Shown one piece after another: positions 12,133 through 24,088 of a DNA stretch of 64,000 nucleotides. Under the pieces are notes generated by a model. That model saw only the letters and a list, made by a program, of their open reading frames with translations, made no database searches and was not told the DNA's origin. Made by a program: the position numbers and the translations under genes. The DNA comes from Octopus vulgaris (lineage: Eukaryota), in NCBI GenBank assembly GCA_951406725.2, contig OX597815.1, positions 1,984,001 to 2,048,000 on the forward strand, read 5' to 3'. Each line of letters begins with the position of its first letter. The stretch's first letter is position 1.

Positions 12133-12241
12133 AAAAATACACTGTTCTTGATGTTGAAATTCCAATGAAGGAACCTTGGGTCTAGGTTAGAAACCGGTTC
12201 TTTCTCTATTGGCAAGAAATCTTGAAATAAACTGAATAATG
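12133..12241 (+). mobile_element. Orphan 109-bp segment embedded in (TACA)n, probable 3' end of a TACA-associated retroelement
   Basis: Flanked by (ACAT)n on both sides. Contains an AACCT..AGGTT hairpin, GAAACCGGTT and AATAAA. Confidence 0.45.
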
Positions 12242-12618
12242 ACATACATACATACATACATACATACATACATACATACATACATACATGCATGCATACA
12301 TACATACATACATAAATACATACATACACACACATACATACATACATACATACATACATACATACATACATACACATACATACATACATACATACACACA
12401 TATCCTGTCATATCATCTAACGTCGAGTAGAGACACGTTGACATAGAGGAGTATTCATTCTTCCGGATAATGAATATTATTCCTTATAATTTCTGCCATT
12501 AATACAAGCCTGGCAAAAGGAATGGTTATCTTCTTTGAGTAGATGCAAAGAAACAATCATTTTTGAAAAGATCGTAGCAGTAATCAAACAATGAAATAAA
12601 AACCACGAAGAAGACCGC

Positions 12619-13325
12619 TACACGAGATGGTATCAAGGAATTCCCGGATTGGTCATGCTTGGTAAAAGAAAATAACTTGTTTACTCTTTTACTCTTTTAC
12701 GTGTTTCAGTCATTTGACTGCGGCCATGCTGGAGCACCACCTTTAGTCGAGCAGATCGACCCCAGGACTTATTCTTTGTAAGCCTAGTACTTATTTTATC
12801 GGTCTCTTTTGCCGAACCGCTATTTGACGGGGACGTAAACACACCAGCATCGGTTGTCAAGCGATGTTGGGGTGACAAACACAGACACACAAACATATAC
12901 ACACACATACATATATACGACAGGCTTCTTTCAGTTTCCGTCTACCAAATCCACTCACAAGGCTTTGGTCAGCCCGAGGCTATAGTAGAAGACGCTTGCC
13001 CAAGGTACCACACAGTGGGACTGAACCCGGAACCATGTGGCTGGTAAGCAAGCTACTTACCACACAGCCACTTCTGCGCCTATAGTTTACCTAAGTTTTT
13101 ACATCGTCTCCTCCGAAATAGTCAGCTTTCGCAACAGTACCCCGGTCCCAGAGTTCTTGCCACTTTTGGAATCCATCCTGGAAGTCGTTCTCCGTAAGCG
13201 AGTCGAGAACCTTCTGCGGTTCACTCTGGATTTCGACAACGGTATTAAAACGGTGACCTTTCAGCTGCATTTTCATTTTGGGGAAGAGATGGAAGTCTGC
13301 AAGTGGGACATCTGGTCGCGAGACT
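12619..13325 (-). mobile_element. Mariner transposase C-terminal relic with TIR, split by a SINE A insertion
   Basis: ORF 13091-13399 encodes PDVPLADFHLFPKMKMQLKGHRF..WQELWD..ADYFGGD (degenerate YSPDLAPxD..GDYFEG). TA plus CACGAG..TATCAAGGAATTCCCGGA TIR-like end at 12619-12650. Confidence 0.8.
12682..13083 (-). mobile_element. SINE family A, full length
   Basis: Reverse-complement match to the family. gtttac is duplicated at both flanks. Confidence 0.92.
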
Positions 13326-13701
13326 ATCGAAAAAAAGCCCAGGGAACTTTCGAAGTAAACCAAGACTTTGCGTGTATGCATCAACAGTTCAACCAACAAA
13401 CCAATTCAATCATGTTTACAAATACTATAAACTCTCTTGACTCAGAAAGTCTTGTCGCTTCGTTAGCGACAAAGATTAAGTCCTGGGTCGATTTGTTCGA
13501 CTAAAACCCATTAAGGTGGTGCTCCAGCACGGCCGCAGTCAAATTACTAAAAGAAGTAAGGAAATACATGAAGAGCAGAATCAGTAAAGCGAGAGGTTAG
13601 GGGTGGGGGCGAAGACAACTCGATAAGGGGGTGAATGAAGCAGAGGTCAGACCTGCAGGTTGGATAGGAATGGGAGGGAGGGAGGGGAAGCACATACATT
13701 T

Positions 13702-14456
13702 GAGACCCCCTTCGGTCATGAATGACGCAGGAGTGGCTGTGTGGTAAGTAGCTTGCTTCCCAAACACATGGTTCTGGGTTCAGTCCCACTGTGTGTCACC
13801 TTGGGCAAGTGTCTTCTACTATAGCCTCGGGCGGACCAAAGCCTTGTGAGTGGATTTGGTAGATGGAAACTGAAAGAAGCCCGTCGTATATATATGGACA
13901 TATATATGTATATATATGTGTGTGTGTGTTTGTGTGTCCTTGTTTGTCCCCACCCCCAACATCACTTGACAGCTGATGCTGGTGCGTTTACGTCCCCGTA
14001 ACTTAGCGGTTCGGCAAAAGAGACCGATAGAATAAGTACTCGGCTTACAAAGAATAAGTCCTGGGGTCGAGATCTTCGACTAAAGGCGGTGCTCCAGCAT
14101 GGCCGCAGTCAAATGACTGAAACGAGTAAAAGAGTAAAAGAGACCATGGGATTGTACCTAGAAAGTTATCCTCCCAGGCACAAGTCCGGGCAAGGTTGCT
14201 TTATGGAAGACCAGTAGTCGCCCACGCATACCAGCCTCCCCTCTCCACACCACCGTTGTTATTCAAGGGAAAGGCAAAGGGGCCGACACAGCTTGGCATC
14301 AGTGACGTCGCTACTCATTTCTACAGCTGAGTTAACTGAAGCAACGTGAAATAAAGTATATTGCTCAAGAACACAACACGCAGCCCGGTCCGGGATTCGA
14401 GCTCACAACCTCACGATCGTAAGCTCGACGCTCTAACCACTGAGCCATGCGCCTTC
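13702..14456 (-). mobile_element. tRNA-derived SINE family D, interrupted near its 3' end by SINE A
   Basis: Head GAAGGCGCATGGCTCAGTGGTTAGAGCG..TCGAATCCCGG, core GTTGTGTTCTTGAGCAA. The tail continues at 13702-13726 beyond the insertion (gac duplicated). Confidence 0.8.
13727..14142 (+). mobile_element. SINE family A, full length
   Basis: Complete head, core and tail match. Confidence 0.92.
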
Positions 14457-14525
14457 ACACACACACACACTCCTACATACATACATACATACATACATAC
14501 ATACATACATACATACATACATACA

Positions 14526-14559
<34 letters not shown>

Positions 14560-15249
14560 CATACATATATACATACATATATACATACATACATACATGC
14601 ATGCATACATACACAAACACATACATACATACATTCATACATACATACATACATACATACATACATACATACATACATACATACATTAAAATTCAAATCA
14701 TGAACTCAAATCTTTGAATGCAAAAGAAACCCGCAAAGAATCTACTTCAACGAACGGGCCTTCTGCGCATGCGGGACACAAACTCCCAAGCTGTGTTCCA
14801 AGGGGAAAAAAGAAAACAATGTCTCACTAAAGAAAGAAACCGTTTCACAATCAAAAGGATCTCAAGAACATTTTGATGTTCTATGATTTGGAACGAGAAG
14901 AAGGCTTCTTTCGCCATAATTGCCTGGTGCTTGTTGAGCAATTATGACACCCGGAAGCAAAACAATCAAACCAGCAGTGAAACTTGTATCACTTCTGACA
15001 TACTTTATCAAAGTTGTGGGCGGTGGGAGTCATAATGGGAGCCTAATAGTGAAATACTTGTAGATGGTGTTAAGTCAGTCACGTGTACCGTTAAGTGAAG
15101 TATGCAAGGTCACGCTGACATGTGAGAATAACAGACGGGATTCTCATGGCCAAAAAACAAGTCTGGCAGCCAAGGAAAAAATACGTCATTTTAGGGAAAA
15201 CTCCAACGTCTATATATTTATATTTCTAGCTTGTATATAGGCGAGAAAT

Positions 15250-15662
15250 AGGCGCAAGCGTGTCTGTGTGGTAAGAAGCTTGCGTCCCAATCACATGGTT
15301 ACGGGTTCAGTCCCACTGCGTGACACCTTAAGCAACTGTCTTCTATTATAGCCCTGGGTCGAATAAAGCTTTGCGAGTGCATTTGGTAGGCGGAAACTGA
15401 AAGAATCCCGCCGTATATATCTATATATTTATGTGCGAGTGTCTTTGTATCTGTGTTCCCCCCCCCACCACTTGATAACGTTATTGGTGTGTTTACGTCG
15501 TCGTAACTTAGTGGTTCGGCAAAAGAGACTGACAGAGTAAGTACCAGATTAAAAAATAAAAATAAAAATAAAGTCCTGGGATGGATTTGTCCGACTAAAT
15601 CCATTCAAGGTGATGCCCCAGCATGGCCACAGTATAATGACTGAAACAAGTAAAAGATAAAA
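15250..15662 (+). mobile_element. SINE family A, diverged
   Basis: Head, core and tail all recognisable. Confidence 0.85.
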
Positions 15663-15770
15663 AAAAATAAGACATGTATTAAATATAGATTGTGTGAGTC
15701 ATTGTATTTGAGAAAAACGATAATTGTATTGGTATGGAAGAAGTAACAGAAACTGCTCGGATATCGAAAT

Positions 15771-16290
15771 CAGGGTTTCTGAACCGGGGTGCGTATGGCC
15801 CCTGAGGGTCCGAATAAGATTTTGTCCTTAAAATTCATCTGCAATAAAATTGGTTATGCTTCTACAATACACAAACTATTTTGATAATTAATACAATTCC
15901 TTGTAGTATTTAATCCTAAAAATGCAGTAAGTTTTTTGTTTTATGTACAGCGAATGGTTACGGAAAGGGCTCCTTGTAGTGAAGGCAATCTATCTAGGGA
16001 GATAACCTTACAATAAATCACTGGGTCCGTAGCTTAGAAATACTGGGTTGACGTCCAGCGGGAACAGTTTTGTTTCATGGAGGAGGAAAGATCTTCTTTA
16101 GTACTTGGTTGTACAATGCTTTCCAATGTGTGTAGTAGTGGCGCGCGCACACATTATTAGCCATTTGAAAAGACTATGAAAGTCTCGACCACGGTCGAAC
16201 AATGATGATGATGATGGTTACGGAGGTCCAGTAAAATTTAAAAGGATCCAAAGGGGCCTGTAGTAAAAAAAAGTGGTCAAAAAACACTCA
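15771..16290. mobile_element. Degenerate hAT-like MITE containing an RTE 3' tail (about 16180-16215)
   Basis: CAGGGTTTCTGAACC start and ..GGTCAAAAAACACT end. Internal gtctcgaccacggtcgaacaatgatgatg matches the RTE end at 25890-25925. Confidence 0.45.
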
Positions 16291-16559
16291 TCTGAATTAT
16301 TATTTAATAACAACAATAACCCAACCAGCAACGTTTGTTGAATTTAAGGGAAGGTTGATGCTTATAATTTTATTTCACGATAAAGTGTGATCAAATAACT
16401 CTAGAAGAACACATGTCGGCATCGCATGCACCAACAGACGAGACACCGATTGCTATGTTGATCGTTCATTTGGTCACATTGCACGAGAGTATCTTGATCA
16501 GCCAATGAACTTTTGCAGCTGACCCTCGCCCAAAGAGCTGAATCTCGAGTCTGCAGAGG

Positions 16560-16762
16560 CTACCTGCATATTTCTCATTAATGGCTGCTATGGATGTTTA
16601 CCTTTTCAACAATTTCTTACATAATGCCATCATCTTCTGGACAACTGTTTTCAGCTACTATGTATAGTTCTTTTTTTCTTTAGTCCCCGATCATTATGTC
16701 TGGTCTGCTGGAATTACGTTTTAATGAGATTTTCATAGGAACACTCCACCAGTATTCTTTTA
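16560..16762 (-). mobile_element. Degenerate R4/Dong-like REL endonuclease fragment
   Basis: Minus translation KEYWWSVPMKIS..SRPDIMI..(frameshift)ENSCP parallels YWWNVPVKTS..RPDINI..EISCP at 47920-48035. Confidence 0.55.
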
Positions 16763-18800
16763 TAATACGGCCGAGTATACCTCCTCATCACGATATGATT
16801 ATCGTCATGACCATCAATTTACAGATTACATTGTCTACTACTTTAGCCACGACACCTTGATCCCCTTATCCCCCTGATTCCTTCTAAATTTATTATTTTT
16901 CACTTAGTTACACTGTTCTGGTGTTAGGGTTTGTCTCTGACATCTTAACTCCTGACTATGAATGAGCAACTAATACTCATTTGTTTTTTGTATTTACTGC
17001 CTCCGTATATTTTCCATTTCCATTTTGAACATTTGATGGCAAATCAAACGATCTGTTTTCTTCTGTAAATCAACGATCTCCATTTGTTTTAATTCTCGTT
17101 TCCCAAACCTATGATAGCATTTCCATTCTGTTCAGTTCTTTAGTATCTTTCAGATGCTGTTCAACAGTTGTACAAAGGGAACCCAAACGGATGATTATTT
17201 TCTGAAACAATATTCACCCCAGATACCACAAAGTAGCCATCTTATCACTGCAAATTAAATATGGTCTGTAATGTAGCGGGAGTTTAAGAACCAGGTAATG
17301 TTTCCTAGAAACATTTCATTACGTGGTGTGCCTTAGCGGTCAAATTACTGGAAGGAAGATAATTGCTTCTAGATAAATGTTGGCGGGATTACAAGCTTGG
17401 CTTTTAACTCGAAGAAGACGCATGGAGTATACATATATAATTATTTCATTTAGAAAATGTTCCCGTTGTTTATATTCCTCGTTCATCCAGCTAATAATAC
17501 ACTCATAGTCTTGAAGATGCTGCTACGATGACTGACAGCCAGAAGTGGACGATCAACTTTATGGCCGGATAAAATAATAACAGTCGGTGTCTGGTCCGTT
17601 GGTAGATGCGGTGCCGATGTCTGTGTTCTGAAATGTGTTCTTTTATTTGTTCACACTTTATCTTTAAATAAAATTATAAGCATCAGCCTTCCCCTGGAAT
17701 TCAACAAACTTTCTAGCTATCAATCTATCAATCTTTTTGCCTATGATCTATTCATCTATTTGCGTGTACCTATATATGTATATATATATATATGTAAAAG
17801 TAAAAAATATATATACAAACTGGGACAAGAACGCGAAACACTTAGAAGACGACACAAGAAACACAGGACGGGACATTCGAAGCCCTCAATCATCAGTCAA
17901 AAACCAGATATATGAATTAGAAAAAAAACACCTTTTATCAATTCAAAATGAAAAATTAGATTACACCATCTAGAAAATTACATATAATAGAAATATTAAA
18001 TATAAGATAAAAAAATATATACCGATGTGCAAAATAATAAGTAAAACGTATATATTTGGTAGAATAACGATACGTGTTTCGTGGCTATATTTAAGAAATT
18101 ATTATAGTAAAAATATTATTATTAGTAGTAAAATAACTTCAATATAAATATAGCCACTCATTTATATATATATTATATTTTGTGAAATTCGATTTAGTAT
18201 TTCTAAATTGAATTTTTCCCTGTAAGTTTGGAATAATATTCCCTCAAATAATTATTATGTATGTATATATATATATATATATATATATGCATGCACAATA
18301 GTATGGAACAGTGAGATTGAGTTCTCTACATTTTATTGGGTGATAAGTATTATCTATTTACAGTTTAACAAAGCAACCAATGGTTTCAAGCGGAAAATGG
18401 CAATTCTTCATGTGATCTACTTGATAATGCTAGTATTTGTCCATTTTGGATGAGAGTACATGAGGTTACACTAGTCTATGCAGGACTTTAAAATACACAG
18501 ATAAGGGGAGGTGATTTATTAGGCTTTCTTAATTGTTATCTCCTTTGAAGTAACCCTGGAATTATAGCGTTTCACAGGTTTCGAACGCAAAATTTCTCCA
18601 TAAAACTGAATTTTATTGTGCCTGTATTTTTGTGACGCGTGTGATATCATGAATATGTGTTATGGATATTTTGTTAACATTTGGGTATTTAAGAATTCAG
18701 TCATGAGTTCCTGGGATATATATATCTATAATGCATATCATCGATATCCAAAGATGTACCCGGGCTGGATATATGACAAGGCCGGTAAAGGGTCATCCCT

Positions 18801-19195
18801 GAAATTTCGAAGTTTAGATTATTGTCTGTGCATTCAAAGGGAAAGGTTTTCTTCCCTAATGTTCAAAATGTTCATTGTTGATGTTATGATATCTAATTTC
18901 TCAGTAATACATAGGTCGCATTTCATGTCCTGACTCCTATATTTGGTGGCCTTAGCTATGATGCTTCAATTTATATGGATTTGTCCACGTTTCACTCTTT
19001 AAGAGTCCATAGCATCCTGGATAAAGATGTTGCATGTCTTTTGTTCTCGAAGGTACTCCTAGTTATTGTAAGTTTTTCTTGTTCCATTCATGTCAGTGAT
19101 ACTGACCTTGTACATCAGTTCTTTTTCAGACTAACTGGAAATGCCTTCAAGGAAAGATACACGCAGCACTTGGCTTCGTTTTGAGACAAGAAAAC
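18801..19195 (-). mobile_element. Penelope-like element GIY-YIG endonuclease relic, with an inverted sub-fragment
   Basis: Minus 19053-18801: ATSLSRMLWTLKE..IN*SIIAKATKY..KCDLCITEKLDII..LNIREE..HR (PLE C-terminal CxLCxxEK/LNxRxE motif). Plus strand 19130-19184: LTGNAFKERYTQHLASF (post-YIG motif). Confidence 0.75.
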
Positions 19196-19899
19196 TATTA
19201 ATTCATAATGTTCGGCTTCTTTAAAAAAAAATCTAAAAAATGCCAATAAAAACTCATCATTGGTGATGTTTTATCTGTGGCATATTTAAGACATCGTCAA
19301 CGACAGATATTTCTTTTTCCTCGGGGAATTCAATAACACAATTTATCATTTTTACAATTCATCTAACAACAACAACAACAATAATATATCAGTACCAACT
19401 TTTTTTTCATGTTTATAACAATCGTGTCAATAACAACTCTTGGAATAAACTTCTACAGAGAATTCTTACTGTCAACGCTCTCACTAATCCGATGAAACAA
19501 CGACAGAAAATATAACTTCTTGAGCCAGGTGGTAAGGAAGATGGGGTGAGATGTTGCAAAACATTTGCAGAATTACATAGAACAAAGATCCGTATGTTTT
19601 TATTAAACAAACAATATTCTTCCACATAAAACACACACATCAAACAATGCTAAAACTGAATATTTGAGCAGTTTTATAACCAATTCTATACTATCGTCTT
19701 TTTCTCTTCGCGTGTATGTGTGTGTGTGTGTCTGACTGTCTGTCTGACTGTCTGTCTGACTGTCTGTCTGACTGTCTGTCTGTCTGACTGTCTGTCTAAT
19801 TGTCTCTTTCTCTCTCTCCCTTTCTCTCTCAGTTTATGGTGTCTGCTCTTGTACTTCCAGAAATAATAAACAGAACCAAAGTCAACCTCAGTCCCCTAG

Positions 19900-20390
19900 C
19901 TAGACATGATTTGATATGAGTTGGGTTCACTTAAGACTCTTCTCCCAAGAACGAAGGCAGGAAAGATTTGCAATGAAAATCCTGGGACGACTTGTACCAG
20001 ACTTTGGCATTGAAAATTCAACAAACAGAAAAAGTGTTTGTGTAACTGCGCAGTGCCAAAGACACCAGCATTGCAATCAGGGATCGGAACCAGACACTGC
20101 AACAACTTGAGTTTCAAGGACTCAGAGCGTTTCAAAATATTCTCTCAAAAAAGCCTGAGAGACCTGAATGGAGTAGATGCAGGTGTCTCCAAAGCAGAAC
20201 TGAATCTTCTTCTGTCAAGAGTTCCGGATGAACCTACCTCGCGGCAGGAAATACAGATGAGGGCAGCGGCATCAAACTACCCCATTCACCAAATGCCACG
20301 TATGAGAGGAGATTTCAAGAGTAGCAAAGTTAACGGAAGTGCTCCAGCATGACCGCAGCTCTCGAGCTGAAGCTAATAAAAGAAAAGAAA
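19900..20390 (+). mobile_element. CR1-like LINE 3' fragment (degenerate ORF2 C-terminus plus 3' UTR)
   Basis: QERRQERFAMKILGRLVPDFGI..CNNLSFKD..KSLRDL..LLLSRVPDEP. Paralogous to 22001-22480. Confidence 0.75.
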
Positions 20391-20459
20391 ATTAACAGTT
20401 TGGTTTTAACAGTTATAAGTTTTATGCCCCCCACCGCAATACTGGTTGTCATAACAATA

Positions 20460-20895
20460 AAGAATTTTGGCCGAGGGCTGGAAATTTTAGTGGGAGGATG
20501 TATGTCGGTTAAACTGACACCACCAAAGCTCAATTGGTACTATTTTATCGACCTCTGAAGTCAACCTCCGAGGAATTCGAACTCTGAACGTTAAAAAAAA
20601 CAGCGGAAGAAATGCCGCTAAACATTTTGTGCGATACGCCTGTGATTCTGCCAGCTCACCGTTTCCAATGCGATGTCATAATCCTTTCTATTATAGGCAC
20701 AAGCCCTGAAACTTTGGGGTGGGGGACAGTCGATTACATTGACCCCAGTACGCAACTGGTGCTTAATTTATCGACCCCAAAAGAATGAAAGGTAAAGTCA
20801 ACCTCAGCAGAATTTGAACACAGAACGTAGCGACGGGCGAAATACCGCTAAGCATTTCGTCCGGCGGCGTGCTAACAATCCTGCCAGCTCGCCAT
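20460..20895 (-). mobile_element. Two tandem SINE family B copies (variant tail)
   Basis: Core and head repeated at about 20460-20660 (old) and 20682-20895. Confidence 0.75.
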
Positions 20896-21016
20896 CTTTA
20901 AATGCGATATCATAAGAACATCAATTATATTAGACCTTACTCGGGAAATCCACATAAAAATGTTTTCGTTTATATCAGGTTTTATCTTCTCTGATACAAC
21001 AATCTTATCACAGTCA

Positions 21017-21194
21017 GAGGCGTGGCTGCGTCGTATGAAGTTAGCTTCCCAACCACATGGTTCCGGGTTCAGTTCCTCTGCGTGACATCTTGGGCAAGTG
21101 TTATCTAGTGCAGCTTCGGACCGACCAAAGCCTTGGAGTGGATTTGGTTGACGGAAACTAAAAGAAGCCCGTCGCATATATATTTATGTGTGTA

Positions 21195-21266
<72 letters not shown>

Positions 21267-21482
21267 TGTGTGTGTGTGCGTGCTTCTTTGTTCCATACTA
21301 TCGCTTGACAAACCTGTGTTGGTGTGTGTACGTACCTGTAATTTAGCAGATCGGCAAAAGAAACCGATAGAATAAGAACCAGACTTGAAAAAAAAAGTAC
21401 TAGTGTCGATCCATTCGACTAACAATTCTTCAAGGCGGTGCCCCAGCATGGCCGCAGACGAAAACAAATACAAGATAAAAGA
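21017..21482 (+). mobile_element. SINE family A with expanded (TG)n
   Basis: Head, core and tail match. Confidence 0.85.
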
Positions 21483-22000
21483 TCGTCGGACACTGGAAAC
21501 ATTTCATTATAAATTTATCTTCGTTTCTGATAATTTTTGTTTTCCCTCATTAGAAGAAATATTATCTGAGGAATTTGTCCTACATTGGAATATTTACGGA
21601 CTTTCTCAGTAGATTCTGAATGTCTTCATTGTTCCTCGAATTTTGTTCGAATGATTCATATTCCAACCACAATGTACAGTTTTACTTAACCATCTGCGTA
21701 TTTCTCATTTATTTCGTTTATCACTTGCTTCCGTACCTACAGAACTTCATTAATTCATAGTCTCCAAACACAACAATAATTATCTTGGTTTTCTAGACTA
21801 CAAGAAGCAACGATTCTTAAACAATGTCAGCTCAGTTTTCCTTCTTTCACTCCGGCAAACCTGACCACAAAATCCTTTAGCAATCGAATACAGTTCTTTG
21901 AAATTCCTACCAATTCACCCAAACTTTCGTTTATATGGTTTTATCGACTGTGCAACATTTTACGTATTACTTAACTAAAGAATCAACTTTGTCCTTAGTG

Positions 22001-22480
22001 TTTTTTTTTCTCTAGTTTCAGCTCAGAGCTGCGGCCATGCTGATGCACCGCCGTTTTGCTACACTGTTATTACTAAGAGCCTCCTCTAATATGTGGCACT
22101 TGGTGAAGCATGGAGTTTGATATAGCTATCCTCATTTGCACCTCTTGCCGTGAGGCAGGTTCATCTGGGACTCTCGACAGGGAGAGGTCCAGCTTTGATT
22201 TAAAAACCGCTACATCTACTTTGTGCAAGTTCCTCAGACTCTTTGGGAGAATATTAAAAAGCTGTGGGCCCTTGAAACCCAGGCTGTTGCAGTAACTGGT
22301 CCTGAAGCGTGATGGCATTGCTGGGACCTTTGACACTATCCAGTGTCGTCCCGTTCTGGCATTGGTGTAGCTTTCAATGCAAAAATTTGGCACAATTCTT
22401 TCCAGGATCTTCCAGACATATATTACTGCAAACCTCTCCCGTCTTCTCTCCAGGAAGTAGAGTCCTAGCTGTTTCAACCT
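22001..22480 (-). mobile_element. CR1-like LINE 3' fragment
   Basis: ORF 22073-22477 LERRRERFAVIYVWKILE..GPQLFNILPKSLRNL..FKSKLD..RVPDEP, short 3' UTR and A-rich end. Confidence 0.85.
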
Positions 22481-22548
22481 GTTTGTTCATAAACAGTATT
22501 TGATTGGTGCACCAAACACTGAAATTAAGCTGGCTATTTCATTATTCT

Positions 22549-22736
22549 GCTACTTGTTTCAGTCATTAGACTGCGGCCATGCTGGGGCACCGCCTTAAAG
22601 AGTTTTAGTCGAAGAAATCGACCCCAAGACTTATCTTTTTCTAAGTCAAGTACTCATTCTATAAGTCTTTTTTACTGAACCGGTAAGGTACGTGGACGTA
22701 AACATACCAACATCAGTTATCAAGCGACAGACACAA

Positions 22737-22799
<63 letters not shown>

Positions 22800-22958
22800 C
22801 AACAAGCTTCTTTCAGTTTTCGTTTGTCGAATCCACTCACAAAGCTTTGGTGGGCTCGTGGCTATAGTAGAAGACACTTGCTCAAGGTGCCACGCAGTGG
22901 GACTGAATTCGGAACCTTGTGGTTGGGAGGCAAACTCCGTCCCACACAGCCACACCGG
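22549..22958 (-). mobile_element. SINE family A
   Basis: Reverse-complement head, core and tail match. Confidence 0.85.
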
Positions 22959-23694
22959 CACCCATCATATAATGAAATACGAGCAAAGCCCCCACCCCGT
23001 CCATTGGACGGTGCTGAGTTGTCAAACATTTAAACCAAATTTTCTCAAAACAACTTGTCCGACCGTCCCATAGGCCTCCCCTTTGAGAAACACTGATTCA
23101 ACCTAAATTTGAGACACCAGTAAAAGAAGAAATAAAGACTTTTTTTCTATTCCAAAGAAAAACGATTTCCCACGGCTTTATCGATCGCATTCTCACCTGG
23201 AATCGATTTTTGTATATTTTTCAAGACTTATACACGCCCTGATACCGTCGGTATCTACATATCAAATTTGAGCGCAATCGGATGGAGGATGCCCGAGATC
23301 CTAGAAGCCCTACACAGACACAGACAAACAGACAGAACGGATTTTATATAAGAGATTTGCGACGGAATTATATTAAGAAATTTGAATTATTTCTTCAAAT
23401 TGGGATTTTATTTACCGACAATTTGCTGACTATATACGTTACAAAGAAATGCTCGAATATTCATCTTTCCAGACGCACTTATCATGAAGAACCAATGCTT
23501 GCAGCTACACAGCAGTGTTCTGCGGAACTGGTAAGTTAATTGTCAACAATATAGCAAAACATCTGTGATTCCAAAACAAACCAGCAGGACATGAAAATGG
23601 AATTGGTTATAAATAATAGAAGATTGATTTAATTGCAATAAACGTCGACATAATATCGTCACAAAGATAATGTAACAAATACAACAACTACAGT

Positions 23695-24088
23695 GGAGGC
23701 GCAATGGCCCAGTGGTTAGGGTAGCAGACTCGCGGTCGGAGGATCGCGGTTTCGATTCTCAGACCGGGCGTTGTGTGTGTTTATTGAGCGAAAACACCTA
23801 AAGCTCCACGATGCTCCGGTAGGGGGTGGTGGCGACCCCTGTTGTACTCTTTCGCTCCAACTTTCTCTCACTCTTTCTTCCTGTTTCTTGTCCCCGACTT
23901 CCTACGCAACCGCGGAGCCTGGATGCGCATTTATCCATCCGTCGATGCTGTCGGTGTCGGGGGGTTGACCTGCTTTCTCTTCTGCGGGTCTTACGAATAG
24001 CAAAGGACTACGTTTCGGACTCCTCCCACTACAGAGGCACGATCTTGCGAGTTCTGGGACGAAGACCGCTTCGCTCAACAAACAACAA
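23695..24088 (+). mobile_element. SINE with family C head but a different 3' half and (CAA)n tail
   Basis: TGGAGGCGCAATGGCCCAGTGGTTAGGG..GGTTTCGATTC head closely matches family C to about 23888, then the sequence is unrelated. acaacaacYaca at both flanks. Confidence 0.8.

Noticed and set aside
23100-23360. Helentron/DINE-like 3' end (acagacagac..ttttatataagagat)
   Set aside because: Resemblance only; the matching 5' end and sub-terminal repeats were not found.
23695-23770. tRNA gene (also heads at about 14380-14456 and 63060-63133)
   Set aside because: A and B boxes continue into SINE bodies with TSDs and there is no complete acceptor stem. These are SINE heads.
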